From IMG/VR virus record IMGVR_UViG_3300047496_000236: DNA of 64,000 nt. One strand, 5' to 3'. This stretch comes from an uncultured virus (IMG/VR IMGVR_UViG_3300047496_000236) (Duplodnaviria; Heunggongvirae; Uroviricota; Caudoviricetes). The position numbers and the translations under genes are program-made. The notes below the pieces were generated by a model that was given only the letters and a program-made list of their open reading frames with translations, ran no database searches and was not told the DNA's origin. Shown piece by piece: positions 9,446-19,229 of the stretch (within the stretch, counting starts at the first letter, position 1; each line of letters starts with the position of its first letter).

Positions 9446-10485
9446 GCCGCGAGGGCCAGGTTGAAGGCGCGTTCCGCGACGACGCGGTTGTTGCCGAGGA
9501 TGTTGCTCTCGTAGCGCTTCATGGCGATCTGGGCCGCCTTGGCGCTTTCGCTGAGATCCTTGCCACCGCGGACCACCGAGGCGGCCTCATGGGTGAGGTA
9601 CTGCGTCACGGCGCGCACGGCAGCCCAGGAGGTCCCTTCGACCCCGGGGAGGTCGTTGCCGACGCCGGTCTCGAAGAGGGCCATGAGGCGCCCCAGCTTG
9701 TTCTCGGCCTGGGGGCTCAGGATCTCCTTGCCCTCCGGGGGCTTGATCTTGAAGGCTTCCTTGAAGAGCTCTTCGGCGCGTTGGGCCGTCATGCTCTTCT
9801 TGGCGAGGACGCGGGTGGCCTCGATGGTCTTGTGGAACGAGGTCCCAGCCCAGATCAGGAGTTCCCGGGCCTTCTCGAGACGCTCCACCATGTTCTTGGT
9901 GTGGCGGATCGTGATGCAGTTCGGGTTCTCCTTGGCCTGGCCGAGGGCGATGGCGAAGGTGTTGCGGCAGATCACTTCCTGGGTGACCTGGTTGCAGCGC
10001 AGCGCCAGGGAGCCGTCGTGACCGTTCCCCACGAAGAACAGGGGGTCGATGATGTCGCCGGGGACGATCTCGGTGGGCCCCATGGAGGGACCGTTGTCGT
10101 CCTCGGGCTTGTTGATGCGGCCCTGGATGAAGATGCGGCGGCCATCATCGAAGAGTCCGGCGCCGATGTACTCCATGGCGCCCATCTCGACGAGGGTGTC
10201 CGTGAAGCTGAAGGCTTCGGCATTCTGGAGGGGCTCGTACCCCTCGCCGGTGATGCCGAGGATGCGGCGGTTGTCCTGGCGCACGATGGCGACGTGGGAT
10301 TCCACGGGGGTCCCATCGTTGAGCTGGATCGGGGTCTTCGCGACCTGCCAATCCAGGCGGGCGTTCTTCATGACCTCTTCGGAGGTCATGGAACCCCGGA
10401 CGTCGGCGGCGACGCCGGTCAGGGGGTCCGGCATGAGGGCGGTGCCGATCTGGGATTTGGGGACGTGGTAGATGTGTTGGTTCAT
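9442..10485 (-). CDS. DUF932/DUF945 family phage protein
   Basis: LDWQV, YEPLQNAEAF, NGHDGS, VICRNT, IRHT and GTSWA motifs. Confidence 0.85.
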   Translation of the reverse strand: MNQHIYHVPKSQIGTALMPDPLTGVAADVRGSMTSEEVMKNARLDWQVAKTPIQLNDGTPVESHVAIVRQDNRRILGITGEGYEPLQNAEAFSFTDTLVEMGAMEYIGAGLFDDGRRIFIQGRINKPEDDNGPSMGPTEIVPGDIIDPLFFVGNGHDGSLALRCNQVTQEVICRNTFAIALGQAKENPNCITIRHTKNMVERLEKARELLIWAGTSFHKTIEATRVLAKKSMTAQRAEELFKEAFKIKPPEGKEILSPQAENKLGRLMALFETGVGNDLPGVEGTSWAAVRAVTQYLTHEAASVVRGGKDLSESAKAAQIAMKRYESNILGNNRVVAERAFNLALAA

Positions 10486-10988
10486 GGGGTTTCCTTGGTG
10501 TTGGGGATCAGGCGTTTGTCAGTAACGAAGGCCTGCTGGCTCTTCGCGTAGGTATCGATTTCGGCCTCAGCGAAGACGGTGATCGTCTTCGTGTAGGCCA
10601 TGGGGGTCCCGCGCTCGTCGGTGGTGACAAGGTCGACCTCGTAGTGCATGGGGGTCCTCGGGAGATGACCGGAGGCCTCCAGGTCCTTAACGGCGCTATG
10701 AAGCTGCCGTTTCGACTTCTCCACGGGGTCCTTAGCCGCCTTGGCCTCGCGGAGATCCGCGAGGGCCTGGAGGCGCTTCATGATGCCTGCGTCGAGCTTG
10801 GCCAGGCGCAGGAAGCTCTCCCGGGAGGGCTCCGTGAGGTGCTTCATCAGGTAGTCCCTGATGGCCTCCGGAGCATCCAGGACCGCATTGGCGAGCTCGA
10901 CAGTGAAGATCTGGTGGAATGGTGGGCGTGTGTAGGTCAGCTCCTTGGTGGCAGCCTTGTACGTGATGCGCCCCTCAGGGTTCTCCAT
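10482..10988 (-). CDS. hypothetical protein
   Basis: Coupled ORF with AGGAG RBS. Confidence 0.6.
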   Translation of the reverse strand: MENPEGRITYKAATKELTYTRPPFHQIFTVELANAVLDAPEAIRDYLMKHLTEPSRESFLRLAKLDAGIMKRLQALADLREAKAAKDPVEKSKRQLHSAVKDLEASGHLPRTPMHYEVDLVTTDERGTPMAYTKTITVFAEAEIDTYAKSQQAFVTDKRLIPNTKETP

Positions 10989-11277
10989 CGGGGTCTCCTG
11001 GGGTGGTATGCATGAACTTGTAAAGCTGACCGTAGCTCATCCCGGTCATGCGCTGAAGCACGGGGAACATGAGACGTTCGCCCTCCATGGGCTTCCCACG
11101 ACGCCTGACGTAGCCCCTGAGCTCGAGCTCAGCGATGAGGGCCTGCAAGGTCTCCATGGAGTACCTCCGCTTCGGTCTGGCCTCGGGGTCGCAGATCGGG
11201 AACCCCCTGGTGATCAGGAAGCTCTCGATGCTGTCAGGATTCGATATGGACTTTTGAGATCCCTTTGAGATTCCCAT
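10975..11277 (-). CDS. hypothetical protein
   Basis: Coupled ORF. Confidence 0.5.
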   Translation of the reverse strand: MGISKGSQKSISNPDSIESFLITRGFPICDPEARPKRRYSMETLQALIAELELRGYVRRRGKPMEGERLMFPVLQRMTGMSYGQLYKFMHTTPGDPDGEP

Positions 11278-11563
11278 GGCTCTCCCCGGGGACTTTCCCC
11301 GTTAGATCAAAGAGGGTGAGGAAGTCCTCGTCGGGGCCCATGATCTTCTCATGCAGGAAGTACAGGAAGACCTTCCAGACGAAGCTCTGCATGAAATCAC
11401 CGGCGGTCCTCGACTTCGCGAGCTCCACACGGGAGAGCTCGTAGGCGTACTTGGGATCCTCTTCGCCGTTGAGAACGCTGAGGGCGTGATAGATCTCGGC
11501 TTCCCCGACCTCGATGTGGCCCCCGACGTACTTCGTGATCTCCGCCAGGGTCACGGCTGGCAC
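11234..11563 (-). CDS. hypothetical protein
   Basis: Coupled ORF. Confidence 0.55.
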   Translation of the reverse strand: MPAVTLAEITKYVGGHIEVGEAEIYHALSVLNGEEDPKYAYELSRVELAKSRTAGDFMQSFVWKVFLYFLHEKIMGPDEDFLTLFDLTGKVPGESHGNLKGISKVHIES

Positions 11564-12162
11564 GGGACCCCCCGCCAGATCGCGTCACCCCCGCTAACGA
11601 CATGCCGAGCCAGCTTGCTGTAGATCAGGGCGTCCTGGGACGTATCCACGGTGATGATGCGGCCCCCGCGGCTCTGGATGCGGCACAGGATCTCATAGAT
11701 CTTCAGGATGTCGCCCTCCATCCGCTTCGCAGCGAGCTCGACCTGGTCCGGGGTCTGATCCCGGGCAGCGGACCTCGCCTTCCGGATCTCCAGGGGGCAG
11801 TACAGGTTCACGTAGGTCACGGTGTAGAGCTCGGGATGGTTCCCGTAGATCCACTGGATGTCATCGCATTGCTTGATATCTCGTGGCTGCCCATCGCAGA
11901 CCGCGACGAACTTGCCGTCATAGGACGCCTTGGAGATCCCTTTGACCAGGACATCCCAGGCCTCCGCTGCGGTATGCTGGGGGGCCGCGGAACCCTTGAA
12001 GTGGTTCGGGTTGTAGTTGGGGCTCCCGGGATCCAGGTACTTCGCACGGAGGACGTCGCCCACCCGGATCATCTCGGCCTGGTTGGGGTACAGCGTCTCG
12101 ATCTGTCTGAGGAACGAACTCTTCCCGGAGTTCGTGGGCCCCAGCGTGAAGATGAGATGCAT
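11551..12162 (-). CDS. P-loop nucleotide monophosphate kinase (adenylate kinase-like)
   Basis: GPTNSGKS P-loop, GDVLR, DGQPR. Confidence 0.75.
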   Translation of the reverse strand: MHLIFTLGPTNSGKSSFLRQIETLYPNQAEMIRVGDVLRAKYLDPGSPNYNPNHFKGSAAPQHTAAEAWDVLVKGISKASYDGKFVAVCDGQPRDIKQCDDIQWIYGNHPELYTVTYVNLYCPLEIRKARSAARDQTPDQVELAAKRMEGDILKIYEILCRIQSRGGRIITVDTSQDALIYSKLARHVVSGGDAIWRGVPCQP

Positions 12163-12515
12163 TAGAACGCGTGTGCCTTGCGGAGGAGCTCCAGGCGAGC
12201 CAGGAACTTCTTGCGGGCCCCCGGCTTGATGTAGCCGATGAGGTCTTCCTCGCCGCTTTCCTCGAAGGAAACCACAACAGCGGGCCCCACGAGAGGGGCG
12301 TAGTTGCAGAGCTGCTCCACGGGTTCGTTCTCGTCCATGTCGATCATGAGGCCATCATCGTTGACGTAGACGCAGTATCCCGCGGCGTCCCCTTCGGGGA
12401 CCGGAGCGGCGCAGAACGGATGATCCTCGCCGGTGCGATTCACCCCTGCAGTGATGGAGCGGTAGTTCTTGTAGGGGACCTCTTCGAAACGGCCGTCGGT
12501 ATGGATGATGAGCAT
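12162..12515 (-). CDS. DUF3846-like protein
   Basis: VYVNDDGL...N...LVGPAVV. Confidence 0.6.
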   Translation of the reverse strand: MLIIHTDGRFEEVPYKNYRSITAGVNRTGEDHPFCAAPVPEGDAAGYCVYVNDDGLMIDMDENEPVEQLCNYAPLVGPAVVVSFEESGEEDLIGYIKPGARKKFLARLELLRKAHAF

Positions 12516-12700
12516 CAGGGCTCCTCCTCTATAGGTTCGTCGATGTCTTTCTGGTCATACCCCGAGAGGATCTCGGGGCGGTATGTGCTCAGTTTCTCGC
12601 GCTTGCAGTCCTCGCAGATCCGGCACAGCGGGATCCCACGGGCATCATTGGCCCACCAGGAGCCATCGCCTGGACGGTGCTGTTTGCATGTCTCTTTCAT
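12515..12700 (-). CDS. small Cys-containing protein
   Basis: DARGIPLCRICEDC. Confidence 0.55.
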   Translation of the reverse strand: MKETCKQHRPGDGSWWANDARGIPLCRICEDCKREKLSTYRPEILSGYDQKDIDEPIEEEP

Positions 12701-12963
12701 AGGTCATCCACGCAGATCGGGGTGCCGGGGCCCGCGTAGGCCCCCACGGTATTGAACTCGAAGTACTCCACGGCGTCCTCGTAGTCCATGAGGCCGCCCG
12801 CCATCAGGACATCTATGCATTTCTGGTAGCTGTAGGCGAGAACCGTTGGGGATCCGCAGCACCTCGCGAAGCCAATGATGGCGTCATCGAAGCCGTCCCA
12901 GAACAGGATCTCAGGATTGTGCTCCTCGGCTTCGGCCTCCCACTCCTCGCGGGTCCTACTCAA
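12697..12963 (-). CDS. conserved small phage protein
   Basis: DGFDDAIIG...EDAVEYFEFN..GAY.G..TP. Confidence 0.7.
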   Translation of the reverse strand: MSRTREEWEAEAEEHNPEILFWDGFDDAIIGFARCCGSPTVLAYSYQKCIDVLMAGGLMDYEDAVEYFEFNTVGAYAGPGTPICVDDL

Positions 12964-13121
12964 GCCTGACGCCGTCCTGGACCCGCCAGCCCCGTTCGGC
13001 TGCCGCGATCCGAGCCGAGGGGTAGTCCCGGTGCTGCCAGGCCTCGTACTCCTTCTTCAGGATGTTCTCGAGCTGGCGGTCTGTAGCGTTCCTGCAGAAC
13101 TCCACGAAGTCGTCATTGATC

Positions 13122-13583
13122 TCATTGGCCACGGTGACGCCCCTTGTTCCAGGCGATCCGGAGCTCGATCTTGAGGCGATCGTTCGAGGCCTCCATCTTG
13201 GGATCCGGATGCTCACGGGCCCCATAGGGGGCCATCTGGTGCTCCTGCAGCAGGGGTCCCTGGGGCTCACGTCCCTCGTGGAGGGCCGTGACGGCCTCGA
13301 TCCATTCCGGAACCTTGTAGCCGTTGTCGACGTCCCCGGGGCACATGTGGAAGGTGGAGCCCTCGGGTTGCCCCAGCATGTAAGCACAGGGCTGGCAGTG
13401 ATGCCAAGCCTCCGGCTTGCCGCCCCAGACCCCGGAGCAGAGCTTCATGGTGGAGCCCGCGGCCATCTTGCGGCGGCACTCCCTGCACTTCGTGGGGTTC
13501 TCAACTACGACGGGGGTCTCATCGTAGTTGATCTCGCCATCCTCATCCTCATCGGGGGCCTCGTATTCGTCGAGGTCACACAT
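13122..13583 (-). CDS. Zn-finger hypothetical protein
   Basis: CREC...CQPC. Confidence 0.55.
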   Translation of the reverse strand: MCDLDEYEAPDEDEDGEINYDETPVVVENPTKCRECRRKMAAGSTMKLCSGVWGGKPEAWHHCQPCAYMLGQPEGSTFHMCPGDVDNGYKVPEWIEAVTALHEGREPQGPLLQEHQMAPYGAREHPDPKMEASNDRLKIELRIAWNKGRHRGQ

Positions 13584-13986
13584 GGGATGCTACGAAATTG
13601 TCGATGAAGATCTCTTGGGTCTCGTAGCGGTCCACGTCATTCCAGTCCTCGCAGCTCCACCAGAAGCTGTGCTCACCCACGCACAGCCGACATGCTGCTG
13701 TGCGGATCTCGAGGTCGGCACTCCAAGGCTCCGCTTTGTCACCCCACTCATAGCAGCCTGAATCGGCCCCTGCGAGGATCTCATCTTCCTGTGGGACCCA
13801 GCTATCGCTGAAGATCTCGACGTCATCAATGAACTCGACGCATTCGGCATCGATCTCTTTGATGAGCGCCACCGCTCTCTGGATCATCGCGAACTTCTTG
13901 GCAGTTATGCGGGCCCTGAAGGTGGCACCGCTGGATTCCGGGGTCCGGAACTGGAGCTCACCGATGAAAGTGATGCTCTTCTTCAT
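13576..13986 (-). CDS. hypothetical protein
   Basis: Start at MKKSI. Confidence 0.55.
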   Translation of the reverse strand: MKKSITFIGELQFRTPESSGATFRARITAKKFAMIQRAVALIKEIDAECVEFIDDVEIFSDSWVPQEDEILAGADSGCYEWGDKAEPWSADLEIRTAACRLCVGEHSFWWSCEDWNDVDRYETQEIFIDNFVASHV

Positions 13987-14014
13987 CGTGGATACCGCTT
14001 CATGCGTGCCTTGC

Positions 14015-14203
14015 TCATTTGAGGATCTGATGCCACAGGTTGCGGGCATCCCTGACGACGATGAAGAACAGGAGGGCCTCCATGCACCACATCCAGCCGT
14101 TGGTTCTGTGCTCCCATACCACTGCCGTACCTGCGCAGGCCGTGACGGCGAGAAACAGCAACGCCATAGTATTGAGGATAATCATGAGGTCTTCGAATTT
14201 CAT
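14015..14203 (-). CDS. small two-TM membrane protein
   Basis: Two hydrophobic segments; AAAGGA RBS. Confidence 0.5.
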   Translation of the reverse strand: MKFEDLMIILNTMALLFLAVTACAGTAVVWEHRTNGWMWCMEALLFFIVVRDARNLWHQILK

Positions 14204-14214
14204 TGGGGTTCCTT

Positions 14215-14652
14215 TCAGAACGGAGGAAGGTCGTCACCTGGCCAGGAGGGCTCCTGGCGCACTGTGGATCTGAAACCATCTCTGCGGCGTGGGTTCTCGG
14301 CTTCGCTGGCCTCGGCTAGGGCTATGAGATCCGGATGGATCTCAAGCCAGGACATCCCGAGATCAGTGGAGGCCCAGGACCAGTAATTCCCGGGGACCTT
14401 CTCGGCAATCATACCCTTGTGCTTCCCCCACCAGACGCGCTGGCCAGGGGATATCGTCTTCTTGCCGGTCTTAGAGGTAAAGGAGGGCCTAGGCGAGCTA
14501 GGAGTCACATCCCGGGACCCGAACCCCACGGGATCCGCTGGGGCCACCGGGGCCGCCTTAGGGGTGCTCAGGACGCACTTCGAACACTTCTCGGTCTTCG
14601 GATCGAACCAGACCCCGTCGTGGACGGGGCACTCCAGGAGATCAATCCCCAC
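14215..14652 (-). CDS. DUF3820-like domain protein with N-terminal Zn ribbon
   Basis: WGKHKG..AEKVP.NYWSW; CPVH..CSKC. Confidence 0.5.
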   Translation of the reverse strand: MGIDLLECPVHDGVWFDPKTEKCSKCVLSTPKAAPVAPADPVGFGSRDVTPSSPRPSFTSKTGKKTISPGQRVWWGKHKGMIAEKVPGNYWSWASTDLGMSWLEIHPDLIALAEASEAENPRRRDGFRSTVRQEPSWPGDDLPPF

Positions 14653-14674
14653 GATTTCTCCGCGCGGAGAAATC
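14653..14674. repeat. 18-bp palindrome family copy 2
   Basis: gatttctccgcgcggagaaatc at a gene junction. Confidence 0.9.
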
Positions 14675-14870
14675 AGCGCTCGTCTTCATCGTCCTCGGAG
14701 TCGTTCTCGTGGCGCTCCTGGAGCTCCCCGACGGCATCCAGGACGGCATCCAGGAAGTCGGAGCGGTCATCGCGGTCGAGCTCATCGAAGGCAGCATGGA
14801 TCTGGGCGACGATCTCTTCCGAGGAATCATCGCGCTTCTTCTGGGGGCGGCCCATGGGGGCTCCTTTCAT
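14673..14870 (-). CDS. small acidic protein
   Basis: AAAGGAG RBS favours a start at MGRPQ; D/E rich. Confidence 0.55.
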   Translation of the reverse strand: MKGAPMGRPQKKRDDSSEEIVAQIHAAFDELDRDDRSDFLDAVLDAVGELQERHENDSEDDEDER

Positions 14871-15017
14871 GGATGTACCTTCTGTACTGGGGCTTTCGCG
14901 GCTTGCAAGTCCTCGGCGTGTTTGGTGCTCAGAAGGAGCGCCAAGGCCAGGATGAAAGCGAGGACCGCGAAGAAGACCGTGGTGTAGAGCGGGGCCCCTA
15001 TGGGCCTCAGCGGGGGC

Positions 15018-15440
15018 TCAGGTGGCAAGTGGCATCTCGAGGTCATAGGCCTCCGCTACGCTTTCGAAGCGGAGCTCCCAGTCATCGTAGGCCTCGTTAT
15101 CGTGGGCATTCTGGAGCTCCTTGAGCATCTCCAGGAGAGAGCCCCTCACGGGACGCCCCAGGCTCTTCTCGAGGGCTTCCAGGACGCCCTTGCAGGCATT
15201 GATCTCGAGCTGGTTCTCGTAGTTTGGCGCGGCGTAGCCAGGCACGAGCTGATGTAGGGCCGGCAGGGAGTGCCCCTCGAGCTCGGGGTCGTAGAACTCG
15301 TCATCGATGAGGCACCCCACGGCGCACGAGGTCCCATTGATGCCTCTATAGGAACACGACCCCGTGACATCCTTGGAAGGCTTTCCTTGGGTCCGGAGAT
15401 GCGTCACGACTCGATCGAAGACCTCCTGGATGCTCAGCAT
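15018..15440 (-). CDS. phage protein, CAVGCLI family paralog A
   Basis: QEVFDRVVTHL.TQ...CSYRG...CAVGCLI...LQNAHD. Confidence 0.75.
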   Translation of the reverse strand: MLSIQEVFDRVVTHLRTQGKPSKDVTGSCSYRGINGTSCAVGCLIDDEFYDPELEGHSLPALHQLVPGYAAPNYENQLEINACKGVLEALEKSLGRPVRGSLLEMLKELQNAHDNEAYDDWELRFESVAEAYDLEMPLAT

Positions 15441-15847
15441 GCGAGCTCCGGCATCCGGAGACCGTGGTTCCGCGCGCAGTTCTCGAGGCAGGAAGGCCAA
15501 TCCTTCTTAAAGTGGGAATCATGGATGCCTTGGAGGTCCCGCAGGAGTCCCCAGGGGATCTCGGGGCCCCGCATGCCCAGGGAGCCCTCGAGGGCCTTCA
15601 GGAGGCTCTTGGTGTTGCTGCCGCGGTTGTCGTCGTCGGGGTACTCGAAGAAGCCCCTGAGGGACACGATGGAGCCGCCCTCGATGCCGGTGTGGTAATG
15701 GGCCTTATCGATCAGGCACCCCACGGCGCACTTGGTATCATTGGGACCGTAATATAGGCATTGCCCCGCGTGCTCCCCTTCGCGGGCCTGACAGTTCTGC
15801 TTGAGGAGGTGCGTCGCGACTTTGTTGAAGATCTCTTGTGGGGTCAT
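15434..15847 (-). CDS. phage protein, CAVGCLI family paralog B
   Basis: QEIFNKVATHLLKQ...CAVGCLI...LQGIHD. Confidence 0.75.
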   Translation of the reverse strand: MTPQEIFNKVATHLLKQNCQAREGEHAGQCLYYGPNDTKCAVGCLIDKAHYHTGIEGGSIVSLRGFFEYPDDDNRGSNTKSLLKALEGSLGMRGPEIPWGLLRDLQGIHDSHFKKDWPSCLENCARNHGLRMPELAC

Positions 15848-17220
15848 AGGTTCTCCTTGCCTTGGTTCCATGCATGCAGGGCCAGGGAGGCGCACCTCTC
15901 CTGGAAAACAGCGCCGCTCTCACCCTCGCCAGCCGCTACGCAGCCATCGACTTGCTCGGAAGAGAACCCCTTCAGGATTCGCTTCGCGATAAGCAGGCGG
16001 CCATCTGCTGAGGGGATCGTGAGCTCCATGAGGCGGTCCAGACGCCCGGGGCGTCTCAGGGCCTCGTCGATGCATTCGAGACGATTTGTGGTCACGATGA
16101 GGAAGATGCCCTCGGCCTTCTCGATGCCCTGGATAGCGTTCAGGATCGCGTCGAAGGTCAACGCCATGGAGAACCCGCTGCCGGAGTCCTCATGGACATT
16201 CCGACGTCCTTCGAAGACCGTATCGATGTCCTCGAAGAGGACCATGCATGGGGATGAGCTCTGGCTCTTCTTCCAGGCGCCCTGGAATTCGGAGTTCGTC
16301 ATGGATCCCAGATCATAGCGGTGCAGGGGGATCCCCATGAGCTTCGCCAGAGCCACGGTCAGGGAACTCTTGCCGGTCCCGGGTCGGCCGTAAAGCAGCC
16401 AGCCGCGTCGCCACGGGATCTCGCGTTCGGCGTACCACAACTTGGCTTCGAGCCAGCGGTGCGCCTCCTTGATGGCGTCCTCGACTTCCGCGTTCTTCCA
16501 GAGACGCCCCATGGCGGCTTTCCCTGTATCGGGGTCCCGGAAGTCAGAGAAGTCGGCTCCTATGAAGCGACCCGGCATGACGGTGTTCTCATCGGAGGGA
16601 GCAGCGCCTGAGCTCGAGCTCGACGGGGATCCGGGTTCATCTTTCTTCTTCATCTCGGTGAACATCCCGAAGCCCCTGATGACCTCGACATAGAAGCGGC
16701 TCTCGCCTACGGTGGTGGCCTGGAGATCGTTACCGTATTCCAGGATCTCCTTGAAGAGTTTCTCGAGATCCAGGCCAATATACGGCAGTCGAAGAGCGCA
16801 GATCACAACACTCGAGGAGGTCGTGGGACCCCCGGGATCCATATGGACTAAGAAGGGACGCCACCCCTTCCAGTACACCCGGGTCGTATGTGAGATGAGC
16901 TCCTTGCCGTAGAAGATCCGCTTCTGCTCTTTGTAGGAGAACGCAGCGGTGATGTAGAACTCGGTCAGGGATGTCGGCTGTGCCTTGGCCTTGGCCCACA
17001 GCCAGGGCTCCAAGGTGCGCTCCGTCCATCCCTTGAGCAGGATGCGCTTCACGAGAACCCCGCTGACGCGGAGCCAGATCGTCTTGGCGTGCCCCCAGAC
17101 CGTGGCGACTATGGCTCCCACACCGCCGAGAGCCAGGCTGGCTGCGAGCCAGGTCGGTAGATACGCCGCGACCCCAGGAGCCGCTGTGGCTACCGCTGCC
17201 GCTGTTGCGGGGTCCGTCAT
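15844..17220 (-). CDS. membrane-anchored BCS1-like AAA+ ATPase
   Basis: N-terminal TM; IPWRRGWLLYGRPGTGKSS, FEDID, TTNR, ALRRPGRLD. Confidence 0.85.
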   Translation of the reverse strand: MTDPATAAAVATAAPGVAAYLPTWLAASLALGGVGAIVATVWGHAKTIWLRVSGVLVKRILLKGWTERTLEPWLWAKAKAQPTSLTEFYITAAFSYKEQKRIFYGKELISHTTRVYWKGWRPFLVHMDPGGPTTSSSVVICALRLPYIGLDLEKLFKEILEYGNDLQATTVGESRFYVEVIRGFGMFTEMKKKDEPGSPSSSSSGAAPSDENTVMPGRFIGADFSDFRDPDTGKAAMGRLWKNAEVEDAIKEAHRWLEAKLWYAEREIPWRRGWLLYGRPGTGKSSLTVALAKLMGIPLHRYDLGSMTNSEFQGAWKKSQSSSPCMVLFEDIDTVFEGRRNVHEDSGSGFSMALTFDAILNAIQGIEKAEGIFLIVTTNRLECIDEALRRPGRLDRLMELTIPSADGRLLIAKRILKGFSSEQVDGCVAAGEGESGAVFQERCASLALHAWNQGKENL

Positions 17221-17603
17221 GCCTTCGTCACCGCAGCCCCGAGATCGTAGAACGTCGCGAGCTGCTTGAGCTTCTTGCGCCAATCCGCGGGCTTATAGAG
17301 GTCATGGACTCGCTGGAGTTCCGTGAGGAATGCTTTGGTGAAGTGGTCACACTCGAACCCGAGGAGCTTGGTCCAGAGCGTCCGAAGATCGTTCTCGGGA
17401 CCTCTGTAGGCCGTGGTGACGTACTCCTGCTGCATGGACTCCGGAACGAGGCACCCGATGGCACACGAGCGCCCGTTGGTATCCCAGTAATCCGGGCGAG
17501 TACCGTAACACGAGCAGACTTCGTTCTGCTCGAGCAGGTGCGCCGCGACGTGGTTGAAGACTTCCTGGATGGACCGGAACTGACCCGGGGTCGTGGCTCT
17601 CAT
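17217..17603 (-). CDS. phage protein, CAVGCLI family paralog C
   Basis: QEVFNHVAAHLLEQ...CAIGCLV...LQRVHD. Confidence 0.7.
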   Translation of the reverse strand: MRATTPGQFRSIQEVFNHVAAHLLEQNEVCSCYGTRPDYWDTNGRSCAIGCLVPESMQQEYVTTAYRGPENDLRTLWTKLLGFECDHFTKAFLTELQRVHDLYKPADWRKKLKQLATFYDLGAAVTKA

Positions 17604-17830
17604 GCCTTCGAGAGCTTGAGGTAGACCCGGTTGTAGGTCGAGGAGACCTCGAGCCCCGGGATGTTCATGCGACGGTAGTTGTGGGCCGCGTTGGAGGCCT
17701 CGCGGTCACAGGGGAATGTCAGGGTATCGGCACCCCCGGCAGCCCTGAGGTACCGCACCAGCGCGATCTTGTCTTCCTGGGAGGGTTCCTCCCAGTTGCC
17801 TTCGTGGCCATCGAGAACGGATGTACTCAT
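17600..17830 (-). CDS. hypothetical protein
   Basis: Coupled ORF. Confidence 0.5.
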   Translation of the reverse strand: MSTSVLDGHEGNWEEPSQEDKIALVRYLRAAGGADTLTFPCDREASNAAHNYRRMNIPGLEVSSTYNRVYLKLSKA

Positions 17831-17899
17831 TGGGGATCCCCTTTGGGGTAGGGTAGTATGAGAGCGAGACCGAAGAGAAGGAGCAGGACACCGCCGATG

Positions 17900-18355
17900 T
17901 CACCCATCGCCGGTTTCCTCGGGGAAGTAGCTCAGGATATAGGCCTCGACGGCTTCTGGGTTCCCCTGATTCTCGCTGATGTAGACCCCGTTACCCCTGT
18001 ACGTCCTGGTGCCGCAAAGCATCAGGGGCACCGAGGCGTATCCGATGGTGATCGCGAGGGTCGGGAACTTCTTCGCGACGACCTCGAGCCACTTCGTGGG
18101 GAGGTCGTAGCGCACATCGAACCACGAGTTCAGGTAGCCCAGATCCTTCGTGAGGCTCCATGCGACCTCCCTGGTCGACGACTTCGATCGCTGGAGTCCT
18201 GGGCAGCCCCAGGCCGCGATGAGGGCCTCGTCGTCCATGGAGAGCACGGGGAGCACCTCGCTGAAGCACGGGATCCCACCATGGAAGAGCTCCTTGAACG
18301 TCAGAAGAGCATCGGTGTCCGTGGAGACGGCCTGGAGATGACAGTGGATGATCAC
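17900..18355 (-). CDS. hypothetical protein, possibly YubB/DUF1281-like ferredoxin fold
   Basis: WG...FD....P..WLE..AKKFPTL pattern. Confidence 0.4.
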   Translation of the reverse strand: MIIHCHLQAVSTDTDALLTFKELFHGGIPCFSEVLPVLSMDDEALIAAWGCPGLQRSKSSTREVAWSLTKDLGYLNSWFDVRYDLPTKWLEVVAKKFPTLAITIGYASVPLMLCGTRTYRGNGVYISENQGNPEAVEAYILSYFPEETGDG

Positions 18356-18521
18356 GGGGTGGACCCCCCTTTCGTTTTTTCTTTAGCTATGGATTTCTTT
18401 TGGGCCACGAAGAAGTGGGCCTCGCTGTGCTGGACATGGAGGGTCCAGCCCTTGGTGCCGAGATCCTTCAGGAAGGCGCTGATCTGTCGTCGAGCTTCCG
18501 CCCGGGAGATCTGGACCTCCA

Positions 18522-19106
18522 TCAGAACAACCAGTCCTTGAAGCGGGTCAGGATCCCCTTCGGCTTCGCTGCGGGACGATAGCGGTGGTCCTGCTCGGGG
18601 AGTCGGCTCAGCCGCCAGGCCCTCATGGCATCCGCGAAGCCCTCGGTGGTCATAGGGGTGTGTGGCGGCCCGCTGCCTGGCACCAGCCCGGATTCCAGGA
18701 CCCCGAAGGAGGCCCAGGAGAACGCGTCGGCCCAGCTATCCGTGAACCACAGGGGGTACACCAGGGAGCCGCTGTGACCCGCGTTGATTCCCAGGATCCC
18801 GAGGTCGTTGGTGAAGTAGGGCATATTGGGATCCAACGGGCAGGCGTGGCGGACCTCCATAGGGAGCTCGGAATGCCTCTCGTGCTTCACGTAGGTCTTG
18901 GAGGCGATGTGGCCCCTGGGGATCATTTCGGCGGTGAAGTCCTCCCGCCACGACGGGAACAAGCTGGAGCAGAGCTCGTCGTTCGCGTCCTTGTACTGCA
19001 GCCTGAAGATGTAGGAGTACCCCAATAGGAAGGCGGGGAGGTCCACATCGTCCTCAGAAAGCGGTCTGGGGACACTTGCGAAGGCCATCAGATCCACGGG
19101 TACCAA
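18522..19106 (-). CDS. hypothetical protein
   Basis: 194 aa ORF downstream of an AT-rich segment containing TATAAT. Confidence 0.55.
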   Translation of the reverse strand: MVPVDLMAFASVPRPLSEDDVDLPAFLLGYSYIFRLQYKDANDELCSSLFPSWREDFTAEMIPRGHIASKTYVKHERHSELPMEVRHACPLDPNMPYFTNDLGILGINAGHSGSLVYPLWFTDSWADAFSWASFGVLESGLVPGSGPPHTPMTTEGFADAMRAWRLSRLPEQDHRYRPAAKPKGILTRFKDWLF

Positions 19107-19229
19107 CTATAAGTCGAGTTCATTATAAGTCCTTTAGTGACAGAGGTGTGCATCAAACAAAGACACCCCTGGAGCCGCTGAGGGCCCCCAGGGGTGAATC
19201 CAGACCTAAGTGGGAATGGTCTGGGAGCG

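Noticed and set aside
18375..18390. Plus-strand copy of the TTTTCTTTAGCTAT terminator tail
   Set aside because: Falls in a probable small minus-strand ORF (KKSIAKEK) and has no clear stem
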